The notes: generated by a model from the sequence alone, not told the origin. DNA of 64,000 nt from Eledone cirrhosa (GCA_964016885.1 OZ024741.1:122264001-122328000); one strand, 5' to 3'; shown: positions 39,891 through 54,275, numbered from the stretch's first letter. Translations and numbers: made by a program.

Positions 39891-39955
39891 TATTTTATCT
39901 GATGAAAGCAAACCATAATTTAACTTGGTGTCCTTGAAATATGTATAATGAAATA
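39891..39955 (+). ncRNA. Hammerhead ribozyme, family A copy 3
   Basis: TATTTTAT-CTGATGA-AAG..ACCA..TGGT..CTT-GAAA-TATGTA-TA-ATGAAATA. Confidence 0.78.
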
Positions 39956-39994
39956 AATATGGTTTTATAAATATAGTTTCCATTAGTTAATATC

Positions 39995-39995
<1 letters not shown>

Positions 39996-40087
<92 letters not shown>

Positions 40088-40088
40088 C

Positions 40089-40172
<84 letters not shown>
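39996..40172. repeat. (TA)n microsatellite at the 3' end of PLE-1
   Basis: Read directly from the sequence. Confidence 0.95.
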
Positions 40173-40178
<6 letters not shown>

Positions 40179-40309
40179 GTGAGGTTTTTTTTACAAAATG
40201 AAAAATAACCGAGGTGTCCTACACGAGTGGAAGTATAAAGAAAATGGGATGAAATCGAAAATGCAACTGAAGTCTTATTTTTAAAAAAAATATATATATT
40301 TATTTGGTT

Positions 40310-40347
40310 CCTTTACCGGTTTCGCAGTTCTTCTGCTTTTCAAAAGG
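40310..40347 (-). ncRNA. Minimal hammerhead ribozyme, U3-A8 core variant (PLE-1 3' pLTR)
   Basis: Minus strand: CCTT-TTGAAAA-GCAG aagaa CTGC-GAAA-CCGG-TA-AAGG. Confidence 0.75.
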
Positions 40348-40861
40348 TGAGTTGAGATGGAGGGTCTGTGGTTTTTCTCACATCTGGTTGGTCTCTAAAT
40401 GTTACTTGTTTTATATGGAAAAAGTGGCTCGAAAACCAGGTTTTTCGAGAAGTAATTTGATTGGTTTGTCAATAATTATAATAAATTTCGCGCCAGTTCG
40501 CGTTACAATAGTTCTTCAAATAAGAGAGGGGGGGGGGTTGTCACAGGTTGTTTTTTTCATATATGAGTGTTTGAATTTCTTTTTACTTGAAAAAATGAGG
40601 CTCACGAAGGCTTTTTTTTGGTTGGTTATAAATGAAATTTGGCTGTCACGTGAACAAGTTTTCATTACATTTTTGCGCCCTTATTTGGAAAACTATTCTG
40701 TAGTCTTTATAGTGAATGTTATGACAATGGAGAGATAGTGGTCAAGGGAAAAGGGATTGGGAGAAATGTTCTGGTTCAGTGAATATGGCCAGCTGTCAGA
40801 GTTCAGGTGTCAGAGTTCAGATTTTCTATTGAGACTGAAGATATGTGTTTATTTGTGTGCT

Positions 40862-40896
<35 letters not shown>

Positions 40897-41349
40897 ATGT
40901 GTGTATTGGAAGATGATTCTATTAGTAGAGATGGGGGAGGGAGTTGTGTGTTATGTGTGTGTGTGCGAGTATGTTAGATAGAGAGAATATATATTTTGTG
41001 CGTGTGTATATATATATGTGTGTAGGAAAGTGGTTCTATTAGTAGAAATGGGGAGGGTGTTGTAGGTGTGGGGGTTGTTATGTGTGTGTATGGGTGTTAT
41101 GTGTGTGGGAGTATGGTTAGCATGTTAAGATGAAGAGAATATATATATATATATTGTGTGTGTGTGTATGTGTGTGTGTAGGAAAATGATTCCTTTAGTA
41201 GGAATATTTTTGAATGAACATATTTTCCTGACTTTTTCGTGTTTGCTATTGTATTGCCAGTGCAAACGTATGTTTAAGGTTTATTTTCTAAAGTAGAAGG
41301 TGTTATGTGTGTGTGTGTATGTCATATTGTGGTGTTGACATAATGTATA

Positions 41350-43621
41350 TTAAACCTTATTTAATGTTGGTCTATATTTTTGAATAAACATATTTTCCTT
41401 ATTTATTCGCATTTGTTCTGTTGTATTGTTAGCGCAAAGGTAAAATGGGAAGACTTGGAATTTGGGTGTCTTATTACTTGCGCAAATGTCTAGATGTGCA
41501 CTTAGTGGTATCTGTCTCGTGGTTGGATCTCGTAATTGTTGGCGATGAACTGTCATTCTGTTTCTGAGTGTGAGTTTAGTTTGTCCGATATAGTCTTCAT
41601 TGCATCCTTTACATTTAATGGCATAAATTAGATTTTTTGATGAGCAAGTGAAGTGATTTTTTACAGTAAAATTTTGTCCTGATTTAAATGTATACGTGTT
41701 GCCTTCAATGAGGTGAGTGCAGGTTCCACAATTAGAGCGACCACATTTTTTGATACTTGGTTGTGGGTTTGTGGTAGGTAATTTGGCATTGGTGAGTAAT
41801 GTTTTCAGTGATTTTGGTTGTCTTTTGCTTTTGATTATTTTGTGTGTTTCAAGGGCTTTTTTCATTCTTGGGTTTTGTTTTAGTAGTGGGATGTTATTGT
41901 GAATAGTGTTGTAAGCTTCCGCATTTCTTGGGTTGTGTGTTGAGATATATGATAGAATATTGGACGTACCTTGAATTTGTTTCTGTTTCCGTAATTCATC
42001 AATGCCTATTGCTTTATCCCTTTCTATTCCATTATTTATTAGTAATAGTGGGTACTCTCTCTCAAGTAGAATTTCCTTTAATTCTTGAAGTCTTTTATTT
42101 CGCGTTTCATAATTGGAGACAATTGTGCAAATTCTTCTTGCTAGGTTAAAAGGAATGTTCGTCTTCGTGTGCTTTGGATGGTTGGAGGTGAATAGCAGAT
42201 ATTGTTTGGAATCTGTTGGTTTGTAGTGTATGTCAGTTTCGATATTTGTGTCTTTTTTTGTGATTAAGATGTCCAGAAATGGGAGTTGATCTTGGCTGTA
42301 TTCCATTGTGAATAGGATGTGGTTATTGATGCCGTTTATTAAGTTTTTGAAATCCTTCAGTTGGTCGAGTGTGTGGGACCAAAGAATGAGGCAATCATCC
42401 AAGTAGCGTTTCCAATTCTCTGATAAATATTTGTGGAAGTTCAATCCGTATTTTGATTTGGACTGTTCATATATCTGGACTTCTAAGTATGCCATGACTA
42501 AGTTGGCATAAGTTGGAGCGGCTTTTGTGCCCATCGCAGTCCCCGATATTTGCTTGTAAGTATTGCCATCGAAATCAAAAAAGTTGTTCTGTAGGATGAA
42601 TTTTAATCCCTCGGTGATGAAGCTTTTTTCTATTCTGTCAGGTATCTCATTGGGATATTTCTCTAGCCAGAATCCTATTGCTTCTAGTCCGTATTGGTGT
42701 GGGATCGTTGTGTAGAGATTCACTACATCGAAAGACACAATAATAGTGTCGTTGTTGACATGTTTGGGGAGGTGGTTTAAGAGGTCCAGATCGTCTCTTA
42801 CAAGGCTTGGTATGTGTTTCAGTATTGGTTTCAGTAGTATGTCTATAAAGTTGCTCAATCTGTGTGTTTCACATTGTGGGCCCGCTACAATTGGTCTTAA
42901 TTTAAGGTATGTGGGGTATTGTGTGTTCACGCAGGCTGAGGTGGATTGTTTACAGGCATCGTTGATTATTTTACATTTGTGGATCTTCGGAAGTCCGTAA
43001 AGGTTGCTGGTTTTGTATTCAAAATTTGTTAAATAATCGCGTTCCTTTTTAGTTAGGTCTTCCTGGTATCGATAAATCAGTGTGTTTAATTTGGTCATTA
43101 TTTTTGATTGCTGGTAGTTTTTTTACTCTTTCATAGTAATTAGCATTTTGTAAGAGAGAGAACATAGAATTTTTATATTTTTCAGCCTCCATAATGACAA
43201 CAGTACTTCCCTTGTCCGCTTCCTTAATTACAATGTCCGGATTGTTTTTTAGTTCATGGTTAATCTCCCATTCCCTTCGACTTGTGTTGGGTTTGGGTTT
43301 AGGTTGCGGTAGTTCATGGTATGGGAAGGTAGCTATGTGGTCACAAAATTTGTCCAGAACTCTGTTTCTACCTTTTGTTGGGTTGTAGCTGCTTTTATTC
43401 CGTACAATTGATTCGTCGTTATTCTCCTTGTCAAAGAATTCCTCTGTGAGACGTAATTTTCTACAGAAGTGTGAGATATCGTCATTTATCTCGTTGGGGT
43501 TAGGATATTGTGGTGTTGGTGTGAATTTCAGACCTTTGGAGAGAATTTTTACTTGTTGGGCTGAGAGGTTTGTATTTGAAATGTTAATTATTTTCGGTTT
43601 TTCAAAATCGGTTTGTGCCAC
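41350..43621 (-). CDS. PLE-1 reverse transcriptase plus GIY-YIG endonuclease (one frameshift near 43050-43125)
   Basis: IINISN..LSKGLKFTPTP, IKEADKG, LYGLPKIHK, LRPIV, SFDVVNLYT, GTAMGT, RYLDD, LPFLD, CGRSNCGTC linker, NLIYAIKCKGCNEDYIGQT. Confidence 0.92.
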
Positions 43622-44291
43622 CGGGTGTCGTGAGTCCTGTATCCTTGGTCTAAAAAATGATTTTTCTGGAATGTTTTTTCATTGGTATTATTATATCTAA
43701 TGGTATTTCCCCTGTTGTTGTGTGGTCTTGTATAGAAGTTTCGGACGTATTGAGGTTCGGTTTGTTGATAGTCCGGGTTGTAGATTTGGTTCCTTTGTGT
43801 GGGTTGGGATCTATGGTTTTGGAACAGGCTCTGTGTGGGCAGGGGTCTACGGTTTTGGAATAGGTTTTGTGTGGGTTGTGATCTGCGGATCAGGTCCTGC
43901 CTTGTGTTCGGGGATCTTTGGTTTTTGTTAGTAGGGTTATAGTTTTGTCTATGGTTTCTGGATTATCGTTATAGTTTTGCTGGGGGTATGTTGGACGTTT
44001 TGTTACTTTTTTTGTTATTTGTTGTGCATGTGGTGTGTGAGTTTTAGTTTGTTTTAAAAATGGGTTACCTGTATGTTGTTCATTTTTGAAGTCCATTTCG
44101 TAGTTGTTGAACCAGGTGGCGTTTTTTTCCCATCGCTGGAGGGATGTGAGTTCTTCATCCTCACAGTTTTCTTTCCAAAGTTTTAGGTTTTTTTTGTAGA
44201 GTAGGCCTTCAGAGTGCTTTGAGATTTCTGTGTCCATCTGTTGGTCGAGTGACTTGAATTTTTCTTCGTTGGAGTTGGCTCTTAATCGCAA
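43588..44291 (-). CDS. PLE-1 upstream ORF (5'-truncated, one frameshift near 43965), overlapping the RT frame
   Basis: 43890-44291 plus an open frame from about 43962 to 43588 (..QRSPNTRQDL..QKNHFLDQGYRTHDTRWHKPILKNRK*). Confidence 0.6.
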
Positions 44292-44560
44292 AAAAAAGCC
44301 TTCGTGAGCCTCATTTTTTCAAGTAAAAAGAAATTCAAACACTCATATATGAAAAAACAACCTGTGACAACCCCCCCCCCTCTCTTATTTGAAGAACTAT
44401 TGTAACGCGAACTGGCGTGAAATTTATTATAATTATTGACAAACCAATCAAATTACTTCTCGAAAAACCTGGTTTTCGAGCCACTTTTTCCATATAAAAC
44501 AAGTAACATTTAGAGACCAACCAGATGTGAGAAAAACCACAGACCCTCCATCTCAACTCA

Positions 44561-44598
44561 CCTTTTGAAAAGCAGAAGAACTGCGAAACCGGTAAAGG
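44561..44598 (+). ncRNA. Minimal hammerhead ribozyme, U3-A8 variant (inverted pLTR copy)
   Basis: CCTTTTGAAAAGCAGAAGAACTGCGAAACCGGTAAAGG. Confidence 0.75.
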
Positions 44599-44671
44599 AA
44601 CCAAATAAATATATATATTTTTAAAAAAAATAAGACTTCAGTTGCATTTTCGATTTCATCCCTTTTTCTTT

Positions 44672-45731
<1,060 letters not shown>

Positions 45732-45880
45732 TTACGTGTCCCAACGACTTTTTTAAGCCGTTGCTCGCACCAACCTGAGGTATATGGCCTTTAATGCGAC
45801 GAAATGCCTACGACGGTTGGAAGGCCACTGATGAGGACAAACTTTTTTCATATGTAACCCACTTGCAGCGCCGCAGCTCC

Positions 45881-45934
<54 letters not shown>

Positions 45935-46002
45935 CATGTATATTTATATATATTCATATATATATATATATACACACACATACATTCATACACACACACA
46001 CG

Positions 46003-46049
<47 letters not shown>

Positions 46050-47224
46050 GATAACAAAATTTCGCTATAGGTAATCCAGTTAGAGGTTGTGAATAATTCT
46101 TATTATGGATAATTTTAGCGTTCGGTGTTGCTTGACTCAACAAGAGGTTTACGTAGATGACGAGTTTATGATTTCACTTGTATTCCTATGTAAGTTTATC
46201 TCGGAGTAATAAAATTGAAACAGTGGAGAATAACATGGTCAACAGAACAAAAAAGGGGATTTATTTGCAGTCTAACAATTATTTCACTGATAGAGTTGTC
46301 TAAAAATTGCTGAACACTAAAAGCGGTGCCATTCAATTTTAAATACGATGTTAACTCTATTAGATCTTCGGAAACTGTTAAAAAAATATATATGTAACCG
46401 GCAAATTTACAATTTCAAATTACATCATCAATAATAATATTAATAATAAAGATATAGAGAGAAAAGGAGGAAGAAAAAGAGATAGTTACAGTAAAGAAAG
46501 AAAGGAAAGGAAGGAGAAAGAAGAAGGAAAAAGAAAAGAAAAAGAGAAAGAAGAAGGAAAAGGAGAAATTATTATTGATAGAAATATAAAGAGAAGATAT
46601 ATAGAAGATGATGGTAGATAGAGGAGAGAAACATAAGTAGAAATAACGTAGGATAGAAAGAATAGAGGGACAAATAAATGAATAAACGTTAATACATGAA
46701 TAAATGTAAATAAAAATAAAAGTAGATATATAAAAAAATATATGAAAAAATATATAAAAAAATATATAAAAATATATATAAAAAAATATATAAAAAAATA
46801 TATAAAAAATATATAAAAATTTATAATAAATAAATAAATAAATAAGTTATATCTAATGTAATATAAAATAGTATAAAATGTGAAAAATGAATAAAAATAA
46901 ATACGTAAAAGGAGTAAAAAGAGTACAAATGTGCGAAGAGTATTTAAACATATTAAAATTATTAGGAATGGTTTTTGAGAATTGTTGAAATATATGGAGA
47001 GATAATAAGGGGAAAATATGATAATGTTAAATACATTTATGTGTGTATTGGTTATTTTAATAAATAAGTAGTTTCTATTTCTGCATCTTCTATAGTTATT
47101 AGTGGTCTTTGTATTAGTATTCTGTTCCTTTAATTTACGTGCTTGTTGCCAATTTTTATGTTTAGTCCTAGGTTTGTTGTTTCTATAGGTGTGGATGGTG
47201 CTATTAATATTAAGTGTGTTGTTA

Positions 47225-47522
47225 TTTTTTGTATCTAGTATGTATTTGAGTCTCTCTTTATGGCCTGCCTTAAGTAAAGCTATGTTGTAGTAGTTAGTGT
47301 GTCCATTAAAAATGTCTATGTTAGAAGATAGGCACGAGATTCTAAGGGATATATTATGTGCTATGGAGTTAATTATGGATCTAAGGAGATTAGAGTTATA
47401 ATCAATGTAAGCTAAATTTTTATTATTTTTATGGAAGGGTTCTATTAGTCCTGAGTTAAGGTTGAGCGATACATCTAAGAAGTTAGCCTTTTTGGAGTTG
47501 GGATCAAAAGAGATGTTAAACT
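47225..47522 (-). mobile_element. Hydra-type PLE RT thumb fragment
   Basis: FNISFDPNSKKANFLDVSLNLNSGLIEPFHKNNKNLAYIDYNSNLLRSIINSIAHNISLRISCLSSNIDIFNGHTNYYNIALLKAGHKERLKY. Decayed downstream sequence probably runs to about 46050. Confidence 0.75.
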
Positions 47523-50221
47523 GTGGAGTTTAACTGGGGAGCACGGTTAACAAAAGCACGTGAAAAAATACAAGGGCTGCAGAGAGCTGAAATCGCAGTT
47601 ATAGATGTATAAAATAGTACGTCACACTGTGACACCACCCGCTAATAACGACTATCCTCATAACTCACACAGCATACTAAGTCCTTTTACTTTTCTGACA
47701 CTCCATGTATAAAAGGGTAAGGGTAAAGACCCCCTACGGTTACGTATGGCTATGGAATTTGTACCAAGAAAGTTCCCCTCGGAGGTATAAGCCCGGGTAA
47801 GGTACTTCGTAAAAGACCAATAGTCACTCATGTCTCCCATCTTCCCGCCACCATTGTAGTTCATGGTAAAGGCGAGTAAACTGGAGTGAGACAACCTGTC
47901 GATTGTAAGCCCAACGCTCTAGCCATTAAGCCATGCGCCTACATACATACACACACAAACACGCACATACGCACGCGCGCACACACACGTATATATATAT
48001 ATATATATATATATATTCACACACACACACACATATATATATACACATATATTGTGCACTCATTTTCGTGTCCAAGTTACACTGGCACACACACTCACCC
48101 ACACGCGCTGGCGCGTTCAAATATAAATATATGTATATATAACTAAAATATGGTCAATGTGGTAGACCATGTAGTAAGCATTCAGCGAAGCGTGTCTGAA
48201 AATTGTGTTCAACAACTGGTTCAAGTCATTTCAGGTCTATAACTGGTGTTCAGTATAAAGTCCATTACAATAATTTCCCATTTCGTCACATCCTTTAAAT
48301 CAATAACACTACCAGCATGCTGATCAATACTTCTGAACACAGTAAATCAGAAAAAACGATTATTTTGCAGATTTGTGTTTGAAATGCTTGTGAAATTCAT
48401 GGGTTTATATTTCAAAATATAGCCTAAAACTTAACCAGTCACCCCTTTTAACAGCAACCTCTGAATCTTGGGTGCCTTCAGCAGAAAGTGAACTCTATTG
48501 CAAGGATTCGGGCCAGGTCTTCGTTTTGTGAATACTTTCTTTTTTTCTTCATAGCCGTGTTCATTCCAAAACAACCCTTTATCCTTCCTTGTCCATCTAA
48601 GATTTGTAATAATAATCAGATAATATTGATGAGGTTTCTTTTAACTGTCCTGATTTATCACGATACTACCAAGGTCAGATACAATGCATTCTATTTTAAT
48701 AAAATTTCTTTCAGATGTTTTCAATTCCATTGTTTGTTCTCATAACTTTCTTGAGCAAAGTCACTAAGAAAATGATCGTATACTCTCATTATGGGTGTAG
48801 TTTCAAATAATTAATATTTCTTGAGTTTCAACATTAAATATTTTAGTGCTTACTTTACTTCTTTTTTTCCCCCTGCAGTATGTGACTCTGGATATTTTCT
48901 CACAAGTCTTTCATTTATACACACTGTTATATTTGAACTACTTATTTCATGTCAAAGAAAATTTCTTTGACATATGAGGTGTGCCATAGCAACAGCAACA
49001 ACAATAACAATAACAACAACTAGCCTTGGGACGGTTGGGCTTTGACAAGTTGAATTACACTTGCGTCATGATGTAAAGACGAATCCTTTGACTTGCTTTA
49101 GCTATCCATTTCGTTTTATTTCAAATGTGTATAGCTTTATGTGCTTTGTTAAAACAGTACGCTGTTTATTATCATGCCTAGTGAAGTTAGTATAAATAGT
49201 AAACAGCTAAACTAGCTGATTCAAATTCTTTAATCTGTAATACCGTGATTTTTATTTCAGATCTTACTAGGATCATATTTTCCTTTGATACCAGTAAAGA
49301 GGTAAATAAATAAAACAGCACACTGGAGACAATTTTGTCTGCTCTAATACATCCCTTTGAAAGAAGAAACCGATAACTTCTAATGATATGCTGACACGAA
49401 TTGAATATGTAGTCAGCTACAAAATATTCAGACTAACTATTGACACAAAAACCTGAAATTTAAGCCTTAATCAATAGAATACATCCGGGTCTGACTCTTA
49501 TTCTGGTTCTTTAGGATTCTTAATTCCTATTTCAGATGTCGGTAATCTCTTTTAAACCCTATTTCATCCTATGGGATGCTTGTCAAAATGGCTACCATCT
49601 CTTTTTCTTCTGCAGCACATAAGCACATAGTACTTCGTATTTAACTATGTATTTTTAAATACAAGCATTTGTAGGAAAAAGAAAGTAAACAAAAGAAATC
49701 TTGTTTTGTATCTGCCAACTTAATACACTGATGATCTTTGAGAGATAAATCATTATATATAGAAGAAGGTATTACTATTATTTGAAACAAGAAGATATAA
49801 AGTTAATCTTTTCGTGTTATAATATTAGTCAGATTTCCTTCAGTAAGAGCAATGGTACTCTCATCTCATATACTTACAAAAATACATACTTACAGCCATA
49901 CATTCACACATACACTCACACATAGTTTGTTCAACACCTGCTTCCTTCCATTACACACATTCACGAAAGCAGCAGACGTAAAGAGAGAGGAGTAGTAAAA
50001 CTACTCTTCCCTCTTTACGGATTGTGACAGAATCGCAGATAGATATAATAAAGTTATTATAGAAATGACTTCTTCAGGGCTAGAAACAGTTCTAGGCCTG
50101 TAGAAGCCATTTCTACATTAAGTTTGTTGTATATACACTATGAATATAATTAGGTGCCTTACTTACTATGATTACACACGATTGAACCCAGTACTCATAT
50201 ATATATATATATATATATATA

Positions 50222-50413
50222 TAACGGAGAAATTGTGGTAAGGAACCAGATGGACCATAACGCACCAGATTACTCAATACTTAGGGTAGTAGAGTGGGTA
50301 ATAGGAGAAAGTATGACCCCGACGGCAGAGCTCAAGCCGTTTCGACGGCTATTTCTGGACTCAGAAATAGCCGTCGAAACGGCTTGAGCTCTGCCGTCGG
50401 GGTCATACTTTCT

Positions 50414-50418
<5 letters not shown>
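50222..50418 (-). mobile_element. Fold-back mini-element family F, copy A (others at 50492-50650, 51860-51975, 53136-53342, 53796-53987)
   Basis: 57-bp perfect inverted arms at 50301-50357 and 50362-50418, a shared tail, and (TA)n flanks. Confidence 0.8.
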
Positions 50419-50496
<78 letters not shown>

Positions 50497-50650
50497 CAAA
50501 GAAAGTGTGGTAAGAAACCAAGTAGACCATCATAATGCACCAGAGTACTCGATACTTAGGGTAGTAGAGTGGGTAATAGGAAAAGAGTCAGGACCCCGAC
50601 GGCTGAGCTCCAGCCGTTTCGACAGCTAGCTGTCGAAACGGCTGGAGCTC

Positions 50651-50705
<55 letters not shown>

Positions 50706-50750
50706 GTGACGAAACATAAGTCAATTGTATGAACTCATAATCCTTTATTT

Positions 50751-50806
50751 ACTGCTATATATATTTCGATGATAGCCATTGAATGGCTATGACCTCATCA
50801 GGCAGT
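50751..50806 (-). ncRNA. Type I hammerhead ribozyme with extended stem II
   Basis: Minus strand: ACTGC-CTGATGA-GGT c ATAGCCAT tca ATGGCTAT c ATC-GAAA-TATATA-TA-GCAGT. Confidence 0.8.
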
Positions 50807-50865
50807 TAGTCAATTCTAAGATATGCCAGCTCTGTGTTTATAGTGTTGATGGTATCAGAGCCTTG

Positions 50866-50943
<78 letters not shown>

Positions 50944-51775
50944 ATGTGAGTGTGTGTCTGTATCACGACGAGAGGAAATCACACAAACATTTAAATACAA
51001 ACATCATCTTTTGGACTCCCTGCGTCTCAAACTCGATATTCAAGTGAACTTCATATAAACGAATTATATTAATTTCAGTTGGCAAAACCCAAGACGTGTA
51101 TACATGTATACATACACAAACGCACACATCAATGGACCTACGTCGGTTTCGATGTTGACTGTTCCAGTTAATCCGCCTTGAAATTAATGTTTAAGTGCCT
51201 GCCCATTCCACAGACACGTGTACGCTTGACGCAATTCTCCAAGATTATGCGTGACACAGAGGCAGGCGTTCTGAATTACATGTTACAGTTCATCGGACGG
51301 GCTACCAATTTCACTCACAAAGTATGAATCAACCCGAGTATATGGTAAATAACACTTGCACAAGATACCAACCCCTGGCCAAATGTTCATGAAACAAACT
51401 CCTTAACGATTCGGCCATCGTGCTCTTTCTGCACACACACCTAAAGAATAGAAGACCTCCTTTGGTCACGAATGACCATGGTATTTGCACCTAGAAAGTT
51501 TCCATCCGAGGCACAAGTCTGGACAAGGCTGTTTGTGGAAGACCAGCAGTCGCCCATGCATATCAGCTACCGATGATGTCCAAGGGATAGGCTATGGCCG
51601 ATATAGCTTGGCACCAGTGACGACGCAACTCATTTCTACAGCTAAGTGAACTGGAGCAACGTGAAATAAAGTGTCGTGCTCAAGGACACAACGTATCATA
51701 ATACGCTAAGCACTAAGCTATGCCTCTTCGCAACCCCCTCCCCCCTCTCTCTCTCTCTCTCTTTCTCACACACAC

Positions 51776-51839
<64 letters not shown>

Positions 51840-52043
51840 TATATATACATATATATATAATGAAACTAGTTAGACCATTTCTCACCAGAGTACTCAATAC
51901 TTGGGGTAGTAGAGTGGATAATATGAAAAATTCAGGACCCCAACGGCTGACCTCCGGCCGTTTAAACAGCTAGATCGGATCTAACATATGAAGCTGTATA
52001 AGTTGGCTCAACTTATAATAGAAGAGAATTAGAATTTTGCTTC

Positions 52044-52765
52044 GAGCATAGCTGTACAAAGAGATGTATTGGAATGTTGTATTTCTAAAGAAATACGGTA
52101 TATTTATAAATAAACATTTAGAAAGCCGTACCTATGCAAAAACACCGGCAGCTATCAGTATGTTTATTTATAAACATACCGTAATTGAGCCAACTTATAT
52201 AGCTTCATATGCAAATGAGATTAATCACCTCATTCACACAGACGAGAAAACTATATATTCTCGCATGTTTTCAAATTCCGCAGATACAAGAGCGCGAGGG
52301 ATTGTCCTGATGAGTACCTGTTCATTTCAAAATCCATCGACGATTGTCCCCCTTGATACTGCTGACAACGCCAGGTGGCGATAGCGTCCGGTGCTTTCGC
52401 ATAGCTATGGTTTTCTAAATGTTTATTTATATACATATGCTTATTTATATACAACTTGAACCATCTTATACAGCTTCATATGCAAATGAGATTAATCACC
52501 TCATTTACACAGACGAGAAAACTATATATTTTCACCTGTTTTCAAAGTCCAGCAGTAGCAAGAGAAGGAGGCAACATCCTGACGAGAACCAGTTCAGTTC
52601 GAAATGCATCGATGATTGTCCCCTTTGCTTTTGCTGGACACCGACAGGTGGCAATAGCTGCCGGTGTTTTTGCATAGCTACGGCTTTCTAAATGTTTATT
52701 TATAAACATTACGTATTTCTTTAGAAATACGAAATTCCAATGCATATCTGTATACAGCTATGCTC
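52044..52765. mobile_element. Foldback/MITE-like element with TIRs of about 110 bp and an internal tandem duplication of about 270 bp
   Basis: GAGCATAGCTGTA..ACACCGGCAGCTAT at left is inverted at right (..TACAGCTATGCTC). Internal cttcatatgcaaatgagattaatcacctc occurs twice. Confidence 0.65.
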
Positions 52766-53135
52766 AATATCCTCTGGCCTGCTGTCCGAAGGCTGCTAGA
52801 GTTGATTCGCAAACTAGCAAGATGTGTTAAAAACAACCTCACTCAGAGGCGGACGAGCAATGTGGCATCATGCAACTACGTCCTTCTCTGGGTCAAAAAC
52901 ATACCACACGCCTTTTCTTTGCTTGTTTCCTTAAAGCTTATCATCATTCCGTTGGTATAAATATATTACACAATTTACACCTGATGAGGTCACCATTGGA
53001 ATGTGAATAGTGTTTACAGTAGTAAAAAATTAAGGAAATTCAACATATTGGCATCCTGTCATTTCACTTTATATAACTAACACGTTCCCTAACTCTACTC
53101 CTTGTTGTTGTTATTTACTTTTCCAATATATATAT

Positions 53136-53342
53136 ATAGGAAAAAGTATAACCCCGACGGCAGAGCTCAACTCGTTTCGACGGCTATTTCTGAACTATTT
53201 CTAGTCCAGAAACAGCCGTCGAAACGGCTTGAGCTCTGCCGTCGGGGTCATACATTTTCCTATTTCCCACTCTACTACCCTAAGTATTGAGTACTCTGGT
53301 GCGTTATGGTCCATCTGGTTCCTTACCACAATTCCTTTGTTA
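53136..53342 (+). mobile_element. Fold-back mini-element family F, copy D
   Basis: Inverted arms at about 53136-53192 and 53208-53263, plus the shared tail. Confidence 0.75.
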
Positions 53343-53358
53343 TATATATATGTATATA

Positions 53359-53440
<82 letters not shown>

Positions 53441-53536
53441 TATATGTATGTAAAAGGTAAACAGAAATAACAACACAATCGGTACAGTATATGGAAAGGA
53501 TATATTAGGTTAACACTTGATATAGCAGTAAGAGGG

Positions 53537-53576
53537 TCTTAACGTTTCGGACGGTAATTAGTCCTTCATCAGAAAA
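53537..53576 (-). ncRNA. Minimal hammerhead ribozyme (family C)
   Basis: Minus strand: TTTT-CTGATGA-a-GGAC taattacc GTCC-GAAA-CG-TT-AAGA. Palindromic AACGTT stem III. Confidence 0.7.
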
Positions 53577-53749
53577 AAGAATGAGAAATAAGATAGATTG
53601 AGGGGACGGGCGGGTTGGAATTGGAAAAAATGTCTTTAGATAAAAATAACAAGTCCATTCATGTTGACATCTCTTGCAAAACTGTTTGTGCTGGCGTTTT
53701 GTGTATGATTTATTTTTTAGAAAAGTGGATGATGGAGCGCTTCTACCTG

Positions 53750-53795
<46 letters not shown>

Positions 53796-53799
<4 letters not shown>

Positions 53800-53987
53800 A
53801 AGTATGACCCCGACGGCAGAGCTCAAGCCGTTTCGACGGCTATTTCCGTCTAGAAATAGCCGTCGAAACGGCTTGAGCTCTGCTTTCGGGGTCATACTTT
53901 CTCCTATTACTCACTATACTACCCTAAGTATTGAGTACTCTGGTGCGTTATTGGTCCATCTGGTTCCTTACCACAACTCCTCCTTTA
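53796..53987 (+). mobile_element. Fold-back mini-element family F, copy E
   Basis: Inverted arms GAGAAAGTATGACCCC..CTATTTC and GAAATAG..CTTTCTC, plus the shared tail. Confidence 0.75.
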
Positions 53988-54048
53988 TATATACATATAT
54001 ATATATATACATATATATATACATAAACACATATATATATATATATAT

Positions 54049-54079
<31 letters not shown>

Positions 54080-54137
54080 TTATACATACACAGACACACA
54101 TCTATATATCTCTCTCTATATATATGTATGCATATAT

Positions 54138-54275
<138 letters not shown>

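Noticed and set aside
45735-45845. CTGATGAGGAC next to a TGGCCTT/AAGGCCA stem
   Set aside because: No correctly placed GTCC-GAAA partner or stem III, so the hammerhead cannot be closed.
48150-49800. Possible decayed Mutator transposase (minus-strand TNNGIE motif)
   Set aside because: Only one short motif amid many stops, which is insufficient without a profile search.
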